64,000 bases of DNA from a virus. Location: the IMG/VR virus record IMGVR_UViG_3300013126_000012, positions 64,001-128,000 of that record, one strand, 5' to 3'. Shown here one piece after another: positions 29,671 to 39,865 of the stretch. The translations under genes were made by a program, and so were the position numbers. Below the pieces are notes generated by a model. The model was not told where the DNA came from. It worked only from the letters and a program-made list of their open reading frames with translations, and ran no database searches. Within the stretch, counting starts at the first letter, position 1, and each line of letters begins with the position of its first letter.

Positions 29671-30051
29671 TTATTTTAATAGTTCATTAATTAGTATTCC
29701 AGAACCTAATGTTGTGAATATGCCTGCAGCAAACCATAATCCTTTTGAATCATACCACTTTGGTTTAAGATATCGTTCTCTGCGTATGTATAGATCTACG
29801 TTTTCTTGTAACAATTTGATTTGTTGATTTTTATATACAAGCTGTATAGAATCTAATTTAATCAGTGCAGATTGTTGCGTCGTTAATGTTTTAAATGTTT
29901 CAATCATTGCATTGTTAATTGAATCTGCTGCATATAATGAATCTAATGTATATGAAATATCAACAATTTCTTGTTGAGTAAAACATGTATCTGGTGTGGT
30001 TTGTGCAACAACAAATACCGGAAACAATAATGCTACTAATAATCGTTTCAT
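29671..30051 (-). CDS. Exported coiled-coil protein with C-terminal membrane helix (spanin-like candidate)
   Basis: Signal peptide ending VVA-Q, coiled coil, then KWY followed by a hydrophobic C-terminus. Confidence 0.55.
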   Translation of the reverse strand: MKRLLVALLFPVFVVAQTTPDTCFTQQEIVDISYTLDSLYAADSINNAMIETFKTLTTQQSALIKLDSIQLVYKNQQIKLLQENVDLYIRRERYLKPKWYDSKGLWFAAGIFTTLGSGILINELLK

Positions 30052-30052
30052 G

Positions 30053-30388
30053 TTATTTTTTTGTTTTTCGTCCGCGACGGGTTTTGTTTAAAACGTTTTG
30101 TTTTGCTTGATCAACTGGCAATTCTGCGGGTTGAATATTTTCTTTTGCAGTTTGTAACGTTGCAATGTCTTGTTTAGTGTTTTGAATGTCTTGTTTAACT
30201 GCAATGCGTTGATCGTCAATTACTTCAGTTTTACCTTGAAGTACATCTATTTGTTGATTGTTGTCATCAATTTTTTTATCAATTTTTGAAACTTTCTTTT
30301 TGTTAAGTTTATCGTTTGCAAATATAATAGCAACGAGTGCTAAAATTGCTCCTACAATAGCAGCCCAATATTTTTTAATTGTTTTCAT
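30053..30388 (-). CDS. Membrane-anchored coiled-coil protein (i-spanin-like candidate)
   Basis: N-terminal hydrophobic helix WAAIVGAILALVAIIF followed by heptad repeats. Confidence 0.55.
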   Translation of the reverse strand: MKTIKKYWAAIVGAILALVAIIFANDKLNKKKVSKIDKKIDDNNQQIDVLQGKTEVIDDQRIAVKQDIQNTKQDIATLQTAKENIQPAELPVDQAKQNVLNKTRRGRKTKK

Positions 30389-31025
30389 TGTGTTTTTCTT
30401 TTTTGTTTAATTTTTCTAAAAAATTTATTTTGAATTCTTCAAATTGTTTTTGAATAGTATTTTCAAATTCCTCTGGTGTCATTTTTTCTGACCAATGTTC
30501 AACTTGTCCATCTGAATTTGATACAAACTGTTGTACTTGCGTATATGTTTGTTTCAATAATTCGACATCTCGTTCTGCATCTCGCAACCACGCCATGGCA
30601 TTTTCTCGAATTTTATTTTGTTCATATTCTTCAAATTTACCGGCTTTTTTTAATTCATGTTCCATTTCAATTACACAATCAAAACACATTCCATGAATTT
30701 TTCTCATCTTTTGATCTAAATGATGCGTGCCGATGCATGTACATACGTCCTTTCTACAATTTGGAAATGATTGCAATTCATCTCGCACGGTTTGAAATAT
30801 TTCAGAATTTTTTGTTTTTCGAATTCTAAAACCATCACGTTGTTCTATGATATACACATTTCCGTGTAAATCAGTTTCTTCCCACGTATCTCCAATTTCT
30901 CGATGTTCAGATTGTTTTTTCTTAGATTTTGCATCAGAAAATCCAATTGTTTTTTTGGTTTGAAACTTATGAGTACCATCCAACATTTGTTGAACAGCTT
31001 TAACATTTTGTAACTTTTTTGACAT
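30375..31025 (-). CDS. Hypothetical protein with Cys cluster
   Basis: 216 aa; CRKDVCTC and CFDC. Confidence 0.75.
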   Translation of the reverse strand: MSKKLQNVKAVQQMLDGTHKFQTKKTIGFSDAKSKKKQSEHREIGDTWEETDLHGNVYIIEQRDGFRIRKTKNSEIFQTVRDELQSFPNCRKDVCTCIGTHHLDQKMRKIHGMCFDCVIEMEHELKKAGKFEEYEQNKIRENAMAWLRDAERDVELLKQTYTQVQQFVSNSDGQVEHWSEKMTPEEFENTIQKQFEEFKINFLEKLNKKEKHNENN

Positions 31026-31038
31026 AACTTGTTTTATT

Positions 31039-31923
31039 TTATTTAGAATCTTTTTTAGGATTCCCTTGTTGCAATTTTTTGAGTGCTAACGATTTCAACA
31101 TCATGAAAAAATTCTTAAAGTCTTCTGGTTCAGAATCTTTTAATACATTATTAATTACTTTCGAAATCGTTTTAAGTCTTGCAATATTTCCTGTTTCTTT
31201 TTCTCGCAAATGATCAACAAATTTTTGAATAGCTAATGCTTCTTGTGCGGCTGGATCTAATTTTGTTTCGTCGTCTTTATCGGATGTCGGAGTATCTGCA
31301 GATGAGTCAGCATCGGCTGCTGGAGCTTCTGGTGCAGGTGGTGTTGCTCCCGCAGGAGGTGCAGGCGGTGGTGGTGTTGCTCCCGCATCGGGCGCCGGAG
31401 TATCAGCTGGTTGAGTTCCTGTTAAGTCGGGCGTGCCCGGAGCAGGTGTAGGTGCTTCAGGTGCCGGTGCTTCTTCTGGTGTTTCTTCTGGTGCAGCTGG
31501 TTCTGTTTGCTCTCGCAATATCTTTACAATTTTTCTTCGAACATATTCTCTTATTAAGATTTCTCGTTGTTCTCTAGTTAGATTTTCAATTTTATCTTGC
31601 AATACATCTTCAACATCTTTTTCTTCTGTATCTTGTCGTTTTTTAAGACGCTTTGCAGCTGTTTTTGGATCATAATCGCCGTTTTCTAAATCTTTATAAA
31701 GACGATCATCATCATTATATGTTGGATATAATTTACCATCGTCTTGCATTGTTTTATCTGTTTTACGTAAAACGTTGGTTTGTTTTTCGCCAGTCGATTT
31801 AGGATTTAATCCACCTTTTTTATCATCCAATGTATAATCCTTAAGATCTTTTCTATACGTTGGTTTTTTATTTTCTGGTTTTTTGTACTTGCTTTTATGT
31901 TTTTCAGCCATGAGTCTTTCCAA
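31039..31923 (-). CDS. Hypothetical protein with Pro/Ala-rich linker
   Basis: Late promoter upstream; ILREQ precedes a low-complexity PAP-rich segment. True start is probably ATG 31911. Confidence 0.75.
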   Translation of the reverse strand: MERLMAEKHKSKYKKPENKKPTYRKDLKDYTLDDKKGGLNPKSTGEKQTNVLRKTDKTMQDDGKLYPTYNDDDRLYKDLENGDYDPKTAAKRLKKRQDTEEKDVEDVLQDKIENLTREQREILIREYVRRKIVKILREQTEPAAPEETPEEAPAPEAPTPAPGTPDLTGTQPADTPAPDAGATPPPPAPPAGATPPAPEAPAADADSSADTPTSDKDDETKLDPAAQEALAIQKFVDHLREKETGNIARLKTISKVINNVLKDSEPEDFKNFFMMLKSLALKKLQQGNPKKDSK

Positions 31924-31939
31924 TTTTAATATAAATATA

Positions 31940-33964
31940 TCATCGTGCGTATTTCAATACTCCTAGTATCTGATTCACCGGAGCAAATGCACCTGTTAAC
32001 TTATATGTATTTCCGCCATATGTAAATACTACACCTTCGGACGGCACAATTGCATCAAAACCACCCAATCGTTCAATACGCTTAAGTTCTAATTCTAGTT
32101 TTGCAACTGTCTGCGGATTAGGATTGTTTTGTAGTTCTCTTATAAGTTCAGCCATTTCTTGTTTAATTGTTTGAACTGTTTTTGATGGATTTGCTGCTAA
32201 GAAATTTTCTGCATTTTTTAATGCTACTGCGCCTAAACGTAAAAACAATGTTTCAAATGGTTCCATGTTTTGTTTGTAGTAACGTTTAAATTCATTTTTA
32301 TCAAATTCTTGCACCCAATTTAAAAATTCTGCATTATCTATTTGTTTTTTAAGTGTGGTCATGCTTTCTGATTTATCGAAAAATGCCCAACGATAAATTA
32401 ATGTGTTTAATATATTTTCTGGAATATCGTATCCCATTTTATTTGCTTGTGTTTTAATAACATCTGACCACCAAGCTCGATGATATTCAGTTAATCGATC
32501 AGTATCTTTTAAACCGTAACGATTTTGTAATTGTGCAACTTCATCAAAAAATGCTGCTTGTTGATCTTCAAAATTAGAAATTCTACCTATTTTAATTCGC
32601 TGTGGCGGAATGAATGAAAATGTTTTTTGAAGATGTGCATTAGCATCTTGGATAATGCCTTGCAAAGTACCACCACCTGTTAAATCTGTTTCTATTTGAT
32701 TGCCTTGTTCATCATATTCTATTAAATTGTGAAATTGTAACACTGCAACTTCATATGAAATAACATTTTTCGTAGCTGGATAGATAATTTCCATGTTTGC
32801 AAATACTCGACCATTCTTAAAAATTTGATTGAGTTTATCTTGTGGTACACGACTAAATGCTTCAGCTAAATCTTCTGCAGCATTCCCAAATGCATCTGAT
32901 ATTGGTCCTCGGCCTCCAAACTTATCTTGTATTTGTTGAACTGACATTGGTGTAATAACAGTACCTTTATTTCGTGCAAATCCAATTTGTCCGTTTTTCC
33001 ATGTAACTTGAATGTTTTGACCGTCGGTTTTTTCTGTCACTGCTTGTTCAATATCTAATCGGCCTTCTAAAGCACGAGATATAATTTCTTTGACATCGCT
33101 AAACGTTAACCCATGATCATCCCATGGATGTGCCATGTGTCCTGCTGCGCCACCTTCTTTAATTAATCGAATTCCTTCTGATAATGGCACTCCATAAACC
33201 GTTTTATCAAAATCTGCAAAGTCATATGTAAATGCTTTTCCGACGTGATTATCTAAAAATTTTCTTAATTTTTTAATTTTTGCTTGATGTTTTGCTGTTT
33301 GTTTTGGAGTAGGATATCCTTCAAATATTTGCATAACATCTTCTTGTAATTGTTTAGTCCACCACTCTTTGGTAAACAATGCTTCTTGTAAACCTGTTGC
33401 AATTTGCCACGCATTTTTTACTAGAGCATCTTTATATTGCGGATATGATGCACGGAATGTTTCATAATCGCGATCCGTAATAGCTTTGCGTACGATGGTT
33501 GCTGATATAGGTGTTCCGTCGGCATATGTTTCTGGATCTACATCGATACTTAATTCAGTTGCATCAACGCCCATAGGTATTTTGCGTCCTTTTTTATCAC
33601 CAATAGTTGCATATTTGTCTACATTAGGAACAAATGCTTTTGCTCTAACATAATCATCGCCTTTTGTAGATGCAGCCATTGCATAACGACCTTTAGCATC
33701 TGATGGAAGTTCAAACAAATATTCGTACGCTGCCATGATTGGCGAATTGAATTCAGTGGGTTGAATTCGTATGTCCGGATTATCATTGAGCAAGTTAAAC
33801 ATTTCAATGCTTTGTTCTCGTGTAATTCCTTCTCTAGGTTGAGGTCCTATAAGTAATATTACTTGACCTACCTGAGGCGATTCTGCATAACGTTGTGCTA
33901 ATGCTAAATGAGCTCCAGTTAATGGTTTAAATCCACCAGGAAATAAAACTGTTATTTTATCCAT
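31940..33964 (-). CDS. Cytidylyltransferase-like domain fused to a ligase-like nucleotidyltransferase domain
   Basis: N-terminal FPGGFKPLTGAH and ISATIVR; C-terminal TEKTDGQN (KxDG), EGVVF and YKLTG. Confidence 0.7.
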   Translation of the reverse strand: MDKITVLFPGGFKPLTGAHLALAQRYAESPQVGQVILLIGPQPREGITREQSIEMFNLLNDNPDIRIQPTEFNSPIMAAYEYLFELPSDAKGRYAMAASTKGDDYVRAKAFVPNVDKYATIGDKKGRKIPMGVDATELSIDVDPETYADGTPISATIVRKAITDRDYETFRASYPQYKDALVKNAWQIATGLQEALFTKEWWTKQLQEDVMQIFEGYPTPKQTAKHQAKIKKLRKFLDNHVGKAFTYDFADFDKTVYGVPLSEGIRLIKEGGAAGHMAHPWDDHGLTFSDVKEIISRALEGRLDIEQAVTEKTDGQNIQVTWKNGQIGFARNKGTVITPMSVQQIQDKFGGRGPISDAFGNAAEDLAEAFSRVPQDKLNQIFKNGRVFANMEIIYPATKNVISYEVAVLQFHNLIEYDEQGNQIETDLTGGGTLQGIIQDANAHLQKTFSFIPPQRIKIGRISNFEDQQAAFFDEVAQLQNRYGLKDTDRLTEYHRAWWSDVIKTQANKMGYDIPENILNTLIYRWAFFDKSESMTTLKKQIDNAEFLNWVQEFDKNEFKRYYKQNMEPFETLFLRLGAVALKNAENFLAANPSKTVQTIKQEMAELIRELQNNPNPQTVAKLELELKRIERLGGFDAIVPSEGVVFTYGGNTYKLTGAFAPVNQILGVLKYAR

Positions 33965-33988
33965 TATGTTCCGTTTTATATAAATATG

Positions 33989-36694
33989 TTATGATACAAT
34001 ACCACCAGGTGGTGGCAGTGTGGAACTTCCAACTGCTCGACTTGTTCGATATACAAATCCTTTCATGGCTAACATATCACCAATATTTCCGGTTCCGTTT
34101 CTACTTGTAATCATGTATATTCTAACATATCGACCTTGATAATTTGCAAAGGTTGACGATGTTGTAGTAAAAGTACGAGTGCCACCTTGGTATGTTGCAG
34201 TAACATTGATTGATGTGATTATTTGATCCGATCCAAATAATTGTTGCGGTGCGCTCCATGAATCATATCCAGTACTAGTACCAGTACTTCCTGATATACT
34301 AGCAGATTGAATATACCATTGACCTCGCAAATCGCCAGTAGTGCTAGTAGCTGCATTAAAATTATACATCAATGAAACTTGCATTCTAGTTTCACCTGGT
34401 AATACGAACGTTTCAAAGATTGAAGATGTTTGTGATCCCGTAGTAGATAAACTTCCGGTGTATGTAAATTCTGATCGATCGAAATAAACAACTCGTCCAA
34501 CGTTTAATCCATCAACAAATTCACTGTTTGAATCAAATAGTACTTCTCCGCCTTGCACTGCAATAAAAGATGATGCAGTTACATTACCTTGTGCGGTTAA
34601 ATGAAATCCACTTGACGAAATTTCAATGTTACCGTTAGCCCCACTAATAAACGTTGTTGCAGGATTTCCAAAAAAGAATTTATCCGTCCGAACATCGATT
34701 TCCGAATCGGCAGTTGAATATCTAAAATAGCTTGAAGTGTTTGCATAAAGTTCTAAACCAACACCACTGTATGCTCCGCCGCCTTTTGTTCCAGCACTTC
34801 CTGGTAAGGCTGAACCAGACCAAAGTAAAAATCCAGGAAATCCTGCTGTAAATCCTTCGTATCCTAACGATCTAACAAAGCCTGAATTTGGATATCCACT
34901 GATTGCTACACCACTATTTAATGAATCTGCCACATATAAAGATCCAGTAAGCATTGAATAATCGCCATCAATGTATCGGTTACCACCTTCCCAATCTTTA
35001 TTATAAATGTATGATATTTGTTTGCTTTTAACGCCAGCTACATTGTAATATTCAACTTTAAATGAAATTTGATTATCAATTTTATGTGTAGTTTGAATAG
35101 GTGTTTTAAGTCTTGTATAATCTGGAGTATATCCTACATCATTATCTGTAACAACACGAATATCAGAAATTTGCCATTCGCCCGTTTCTACTACAAGTAA
35201 TAATACTCCAGTACCGGTATAATCTGCTGTAAAACTAAATGTTTGATCGTCAAATCTTTGTGAATCGCCTACTGTATTAATTTCTCCTATTCGTTTTCCA
35301 AATTTAGTAGGAAATTGTTGATTGAAATAATCAGTTGGATCTTGATAAAAACTACTACCTGATACATAAATTGCCAGTTTAGGTTGCAAATTATTACTTG
35401 TAGCAACTTTAGTTCCTAATGCATCTAATGTAACTTTATATGAGGCATCTTGTTTAAATATTCCAGCAAATGAACCGTTAATTTGTGCTACTTGTACTGA
35501 ACTACTATTTGCAATATTAATAGAACTAGATATTAACATTGCATTGCTTATCGATGCAGTTGTCCATTGTAACGTTGTTGGTGCAATTTCTATACCATTT
35601 TGATATGTATGTGCCGTCCAATATGTATCGATAATACTTTGCGATGTAAATATACCTATAGATTGATCGGGAAATAATGACGCAGTATTAGAAATAAATA
35701 TTTCTGTTTCATCTAATTCTACATCATTAACTAGATCCCAGGTGCCTACAGTACCATTATTATTCGTAAATACTTTGATTCTAGAAACATCGCCAGTAGC
35801 TGGTTCTAATCCGGTTATTTGTATTAATGCAAATGATTGAGAATTTTCTGTTGGTACGTATGTTGGAGCTGCTTCATAATTTAATGAAAATGCCGAATTA
35901 TCAAATTGAGTATATGTATGCGGAAATACACTTTGGCTGCTATATACTGTATAAACATCATCTAATAAGGCCAATGTTGGAGATAATATCTTTTTTATCG
36001 TAGATACATATGCCGTTGTAGATATAGTATAATTAGGATTAGGTGTAGGATTTTGTGGAGTAGAAACTGTTATTGTTCCTGTCGACATATCTCCCGTAAA
36101 CGTTCCTCCTGTAATTTCGATTGCAGGTTGATTATTATATTCAAAATACCGTACTTGCCCCGTAGTATATGTTGGAAACTGCGTATTATTTGGATACGTA
36201 CGATCTAATTGAACCCCAACTTGTTCTGAAACAGTTACAATTGGCAACGTTTCAAAAATTATTTCCGAATCGTTTGAGATATTAGGATTTACTGATATCG
36301 TACGTGTCCATTTTACATTAGCACGACCTTGCCATTCAACGGGTGTAGGTTGACCATTAATTACTGCAGCTTCTGCAATTAAAGTTACGGTACAATCGCC
36401 TGGAGAAGAATCTTCGTAAATATAAATTGCAATAACACGACCTTTGTCTTCATCTAAAAAATCTACTACTTCAGTATAAATTGGATTACCATTATAATCT
36501 AAAACTTCTAAATTTAATACGCCGCCAACTTTTAAGTTAGTAGGATTTCCTCGAAGTTTAAATAAATTCTTTCCTGCAGTTAATCGAAGCGGAAATTCGG
36601 ATATCTGAAAATAATCTGGAGATGTAGCAGATGTATCTGTAAAATAAACATCAATAAATTCTAAACCTTTATAAACTGTTTCTTTACGTTTCAT
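33989..36694 (-). CDS. Large virion structural protein (tail-associated)
   Basis: 901 aa, Ser/Thr/Gly-rich with beta-strand character; late promoter upstream. Confidence 0.6.
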   Translation of the reverse strand: MKRKETVYKGLEFIDVYFTDTSATSPDYFQISEFPLRLTAGKNLFKLRGNPTNLKVGGVLNLEVLDYNGNPIYTEVVDFLDEDKGRVIAIYIYEDSSPGDCTVTLIAEAAVINGQPTPVEWQGRANVKWTRTISVNPNISNDSEIIFETLPIVTVSEQVGVQLDRTYPNNTQFPTYTTGQVRYFEYNNQPAIEITGGTFTGDMSTGTITVSTPQNPTPNPNYTISTTAYVSTIKKILSPTLALLDDVYTVYSSQSVFPHTYTQFDNSAFSLNYEAAPTYVPTENSQSFALIQITGLEPATGDVSRIKVFTNNNGTVGTWDLVNDVELDETEIFISNTASLFPDQSIGIFTSQSIIDTYWTAHTYQNGIEIAPTTLQWTTASISNAMLISSSINIANSSSVQVAQINGSFAGIFKQDASYKVTLDALGTKVATSNNLQPKLAIYVSGSSFYQDPTDYFNQQFPTKFGKRIGEINTVGDSQRFDDQTFSFTADYTGTGVLLLVVETGEWQISDIRVVTDNDVGYTPDYTRLKTPIQTTHKIDNQISFKVEYYNVAGVKSKQISYIYNKDWEGGNRYIDGDYSMLTGSLYVADSLNSGVAISGYPNSGFVRSLGYEGFTAGFPGFLLWSGSALPGSAGTKGGGAYSGVGLELYANTSSYFRYSTADSEIDVRTDKFFFGNPATTFISGANGNIEISSSGFHLTAQGNVTASSFIAVQGGEVLFDSNSEFVDGLNVGRVVYFDRSEFTYTGSLSTTGSQTSSIFETFVLPGETRMQVSLMYNFNAATSTTGDLRGQWYIQSASISGSTGTSTGYDSWSAPQQLFGSDQIITSINVTATYQGGTRTFTTTSSTFANYQGRYVRIYMITSRNGTGNIGDMLAMKGFVYRTSRAVGSSTLPPPGGIVS

Positions 36695-36718
36695 GAATTT
36701 GATACTTTATTATAAATA

Positions 36719-39700
36719 TCAAACATGATTAATCTTGCTGAATCCGTTTGTTTTATTAACTTCAATCAAATTATCAACCATATCGCGCATCGAATCAACG
36801 TGTGAAATGATAATTGAAAAATCAAATTTAGTTCTAAAATAATCAAATAAGTTTACTACTGAAGAAATATGTTCTGCATCTAATGAACCCCACCCTTCAT
36901 CAATTGCAATGAAATTGGGACGTGGTAATGCTGAAACATTGATAAGTGCAATGCGAATTGCTAATGACGAAATAAAACGTTCCATACCAGATGTTAATTC
37001 CAATGGCCAAAAATTATCTTCATCGTAAATAATATATCCGTTGATGTTTTTGCCATCGGTGTTTAATACCATGTTAAATTCAACAATTTGATTGAGTACA
37101 TTATTGATTTCAGCTTCAATTTTTGGAATAGCTTTTGCAACTAATTCATATGGAATACCGTTACGTTTAACTGATTCTAAATAATATTCATATGCTTTGT
37201 ATTCTGTTTCAAGTTGTCGATAACGTTCCAATTGTTCTATTGCAGTGCCTTTATTTGTACGTGCAACTTCAATTGAGCCAAACAATGATTTAATTTGATC
37301 TTGAATTATTTTGATTTGTTGAGAACAAGTTGCAATTTTAGTTTTACATTCTTCAATTTCAGCGTCAACTAGTTGATTGTGTGTGATTGCGGTTTCATTT
37401 TTACGGAATGATTCTTGACGTTCAATTGCGGTTTCTAATTCTGATTCTCGTGTTTGCAAATCACTTTCTAGGATTTGAAGTTGCAATTCATTGCGTTCCA
37501 ATGTAATTTTTTTAGTTGCAATATTGGATTTCAATTTGTTGTATTGGTCTGCTATTTCAAATACAGGTTGTAATTTATTTAATTCTACGGTTGCAAATTC
37601 AATATGTTGTTGCAATTCCTCTAATATCGCTCTATCCGAATCAATTGTATTTTGAGCTTCGATTGCATTTTGCACGAAAACGTTAGATGTACAGTATTTG
37701 CAGTTTGGATCATATTCATGAGATTCGAGATGTTTAATTTTTTCTTGTTTTGCATTTACTTGTTCCTGTTGTTGTGTAAACTTTTGTGATTGTTTGTTTA
37801 TGTTAGATTCTAATTTTTGATATTGTTCAATTTGTGTTTTTATTAAATCTGCATCAATATTAACTAATTTAGATTCTAATAAATCAATGTTTTCTGACAA
37901 CGTTTCTAATTCTTGTTCTGCCGTTTCTATTTCCGTTTGGATTGATTCAATCTTATTAATTAGTACGCGTTCTTGTGATTGCAATTCTTTGATGTTTGGA
38001 CCATCGTACGTTGTTGGTAATTTAGTTTCAATTAACTGTACAATTTGTTCTTGTAATCCGTTTCGCTGATCTTGTTGTTGATCTTCAAGTTGTTCTAACG
38101 AAATAATAGTATTTTGATTTTCCATTATTACTGCATCGGCTTGCACAATTATTTCGGCAAAGTCAGTTTTTTTATAATCTTTTAATCGGCCTGCAGTTTC
38201 TTTGATTTCATCTGCTGCAAGTTGATAAAGTTGTTCAAACACCGTAATATCTAAAAACTGCGACAATAAATCTTTGCGTTCTTTTTGTGACTTTTCAATA
38301 AAGTTATTGTTGTCCGCTTGCAAAGAAAATGCCGTTAAAATAAAATCATCATATGTGCCCAAATAGCGACGAATGTTTTTATTTGTTTCACTGCGTTCTT
38401 CGCCATTTAGATTTTCTGAATCAGTGTAAAAATCTACATCAACTTTAACGTGCGTATCTTTCTTTTTGTTTTGCGTGCCGCGCCGTTCAATGGTATATGT
38501 TATGCCATTCATTTCAAAACGAAATACACCACGGAACCACGTTTTTTTGTTATTTAAAACTTCGTTTGCTTTGCTTGTTTTGCTGCATTTATCAAATATA
38601 ATATATGTAATTGCATCAAGTAAACTTGATTTGCCAGATGCATTTGTAGCAAAAAGTCCGCACACATCAGAAAGTTTGTCAAAGTTTAATGCGTTGCCTT
38701 CGCCATATGAAAACATGTTATCAAATTCAAATGATATAGGATGCCATGTAGTATGTCGTATTGATTCTACTGCTGGCAATTTTGAATTTATTGTGCGATT
38801 GATGTGTCTGATAGCATCAACTTCTTGCGGAGTAGCTTGTGGATAATTTGCGTCAATATATTCCGTCAATAACACATTTTGATATTCAACATCGCGCACA
38901 TTTCCAATTGCCAAGCTAGAAGATGCATTGGTTGCTGCAGCTCCTATAGTTCGTTGAATTGTAATGTCTTCTACTTGATATTTTTTGCGAATCGTTGCAA
39001 TCAACCGTTTCATATCTGCCGCGCTTGTTTCATTAAACTTGATGCGAATGCGTGGACGTTTCGGCATACGGTGAGGTGAAGATATAATTGCAGAGCCTTG
39101 AGTTTCTATAGTTACATAACCATAGTCATTTTCAATTTGCACAAAGTCTGCAGTACGTCGTTCCGTATCCCAAACCAAAATGCCATGATCTAATGCTTCG
39201 CCATGATTTTGTTGAATAAGTGAACCTGGATACGCAACGGTGCGTGCATCATCTAAAAACTGTGCCGGTTTATGAATATCTCCTAGCAACGTAATGTCAT
39301 GTCCTTCAAACAAATCAACGCCTACGTGTTCATTTGATATTTGATAACCAATATCAGTACGAGCTGTATTTACTGCACCATGGTGTAATGCAATTTTATA
39401 TGATGCCGAAAAATCTTTTGCACGAATGTATTCTGCGGGTGTTTTATCGACAGCCATATGATTCCAAGTTACGCCACCTAATTCAAACAATCCATTTTCT
39501 TTGATGAAATGAATATTAGGATTTTTAATCACATCGAGAACTGGACTAACTGCATCTACGCGATGCATATTGTTCAAATTCATATCGTGATTACCTAGAA
39601 TAACAATTGTAGGAATTGTGAATTCATTGAAGAAATCAACAAGCATTTGAACTAATTCTGGCGACATATCTAATTTGCTATGCACAATATCGCCAGTTAC

Positions 39701-39865
39701 AACCGCAATGCTGTTTGCAGTACAATTTGCTTTAATATAATCAAATAAATTTTTAAATACTTGACGATATTCGGTGTGTCGTTTCAATGTACGAATATGT
39801 ACATCGGATATATGAAAGATTTTGTCAATCCGTTCAATACCAGTTTCAATTTTTTTTATGTCCAT
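36719..39865 (-). CDS. Fused SbcD/Mre11 nuclease and SbcC/Rad50 ATPase (gp47-gp46 fusion)
   Basis: DVH, GD, GNHD and GDIH phosphoesterase motifs; NASGKSS Walker A, CKYC hook in coiled coil, SGME signature, IDEGWGSLD and ISH. Confidence 0.93.
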   Translation of the reverse strand: MDIKKIETGIERIDKIFHISDVHIRTLKRHTEYRQVFKNLFDYIKANCTANSIAVVTGDIVHSKLDMSPELVQMLVDFFNEFTIPTIVILGNHDMNLNNMHRVDAVSPVLDVIKNPNIHFIKENGLFELGGVTWNHMAVDKTPAEYIRAKDFSASYKIALHHGAVNTARTDIGYQISNEHVGVDLFEGHDITLLGDIHKPAQFLDDARTVAYPGSLIQQNHGEALDHGILVWDTERRTADFVQIENDYGYVTIETQGSAIISSPHRMPKRPRIRIKFNETSAADMKRLIATIRKKYQVEDITIQRTIGAAATNASSSLAIGNVRDVEYQNVLLTEYIDANYPQATPQEVDAIRHINRTINSKLPAVESIRHTTWHPISFEFDNMFSYGEGNALNFDKLSDVCGLFATNASGKSSLLDAITYIIFDKCSKTSKANEVLNNKKTWFRGVFRFEMNGITYTIERRGTQNKKKDTHVKVDVDFYTDSENLNGEERSETNKNIRRYLGTYDDFILTAFSLQADNNNFIEKSQKERKDLLSQFLDITVFEQLYQLAADEIKETAGRLKDYKKTDFAEIIVQADAVIMENQNTIISLEQLEDQQQDQRNGLQEQIVQLIETKLPTTYDGPNIKELQSQERVLINKIESIQTEIETAEQELETLSENIDLLESKLVNIDADLIKTQIEQYQKLESNINKQSQKFTQQQEQVNAKQEKIKHLESHEYDPNCKYCTSNVFVQNAIEAQNTIDSDRAILEELQQHIEFATVELNKLQPVFEIADQYNKLKSNIATKKITLERNELQLQILESDLQTRESELETAIERQESFRKNETAITHNQLVDAEIEECKTKIATCSQQIKIIQDQIKSLFGSIEVARTNKGTAIEQLERYRQLETEYKAYEYYLESVKRNGIPYELVAKAIPKIEAEINNVLNQIVEFNMVLNTDGKNINGYIIYDEDNFWPLELTSGMERFISSLAIRIALINVSALPRPNFIAIDEGWGSLDAEHISSVVNLFDYFRTKFDFSIIISHVDSMRDMVDNLIEVNKTNGFSKINHV

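Noticed and set aside
31290-31500. GC-rich patch as a foreign insert or RNA gene
   Set aside because: It is explained by Pro/Ala codons of the low-complexity linker.
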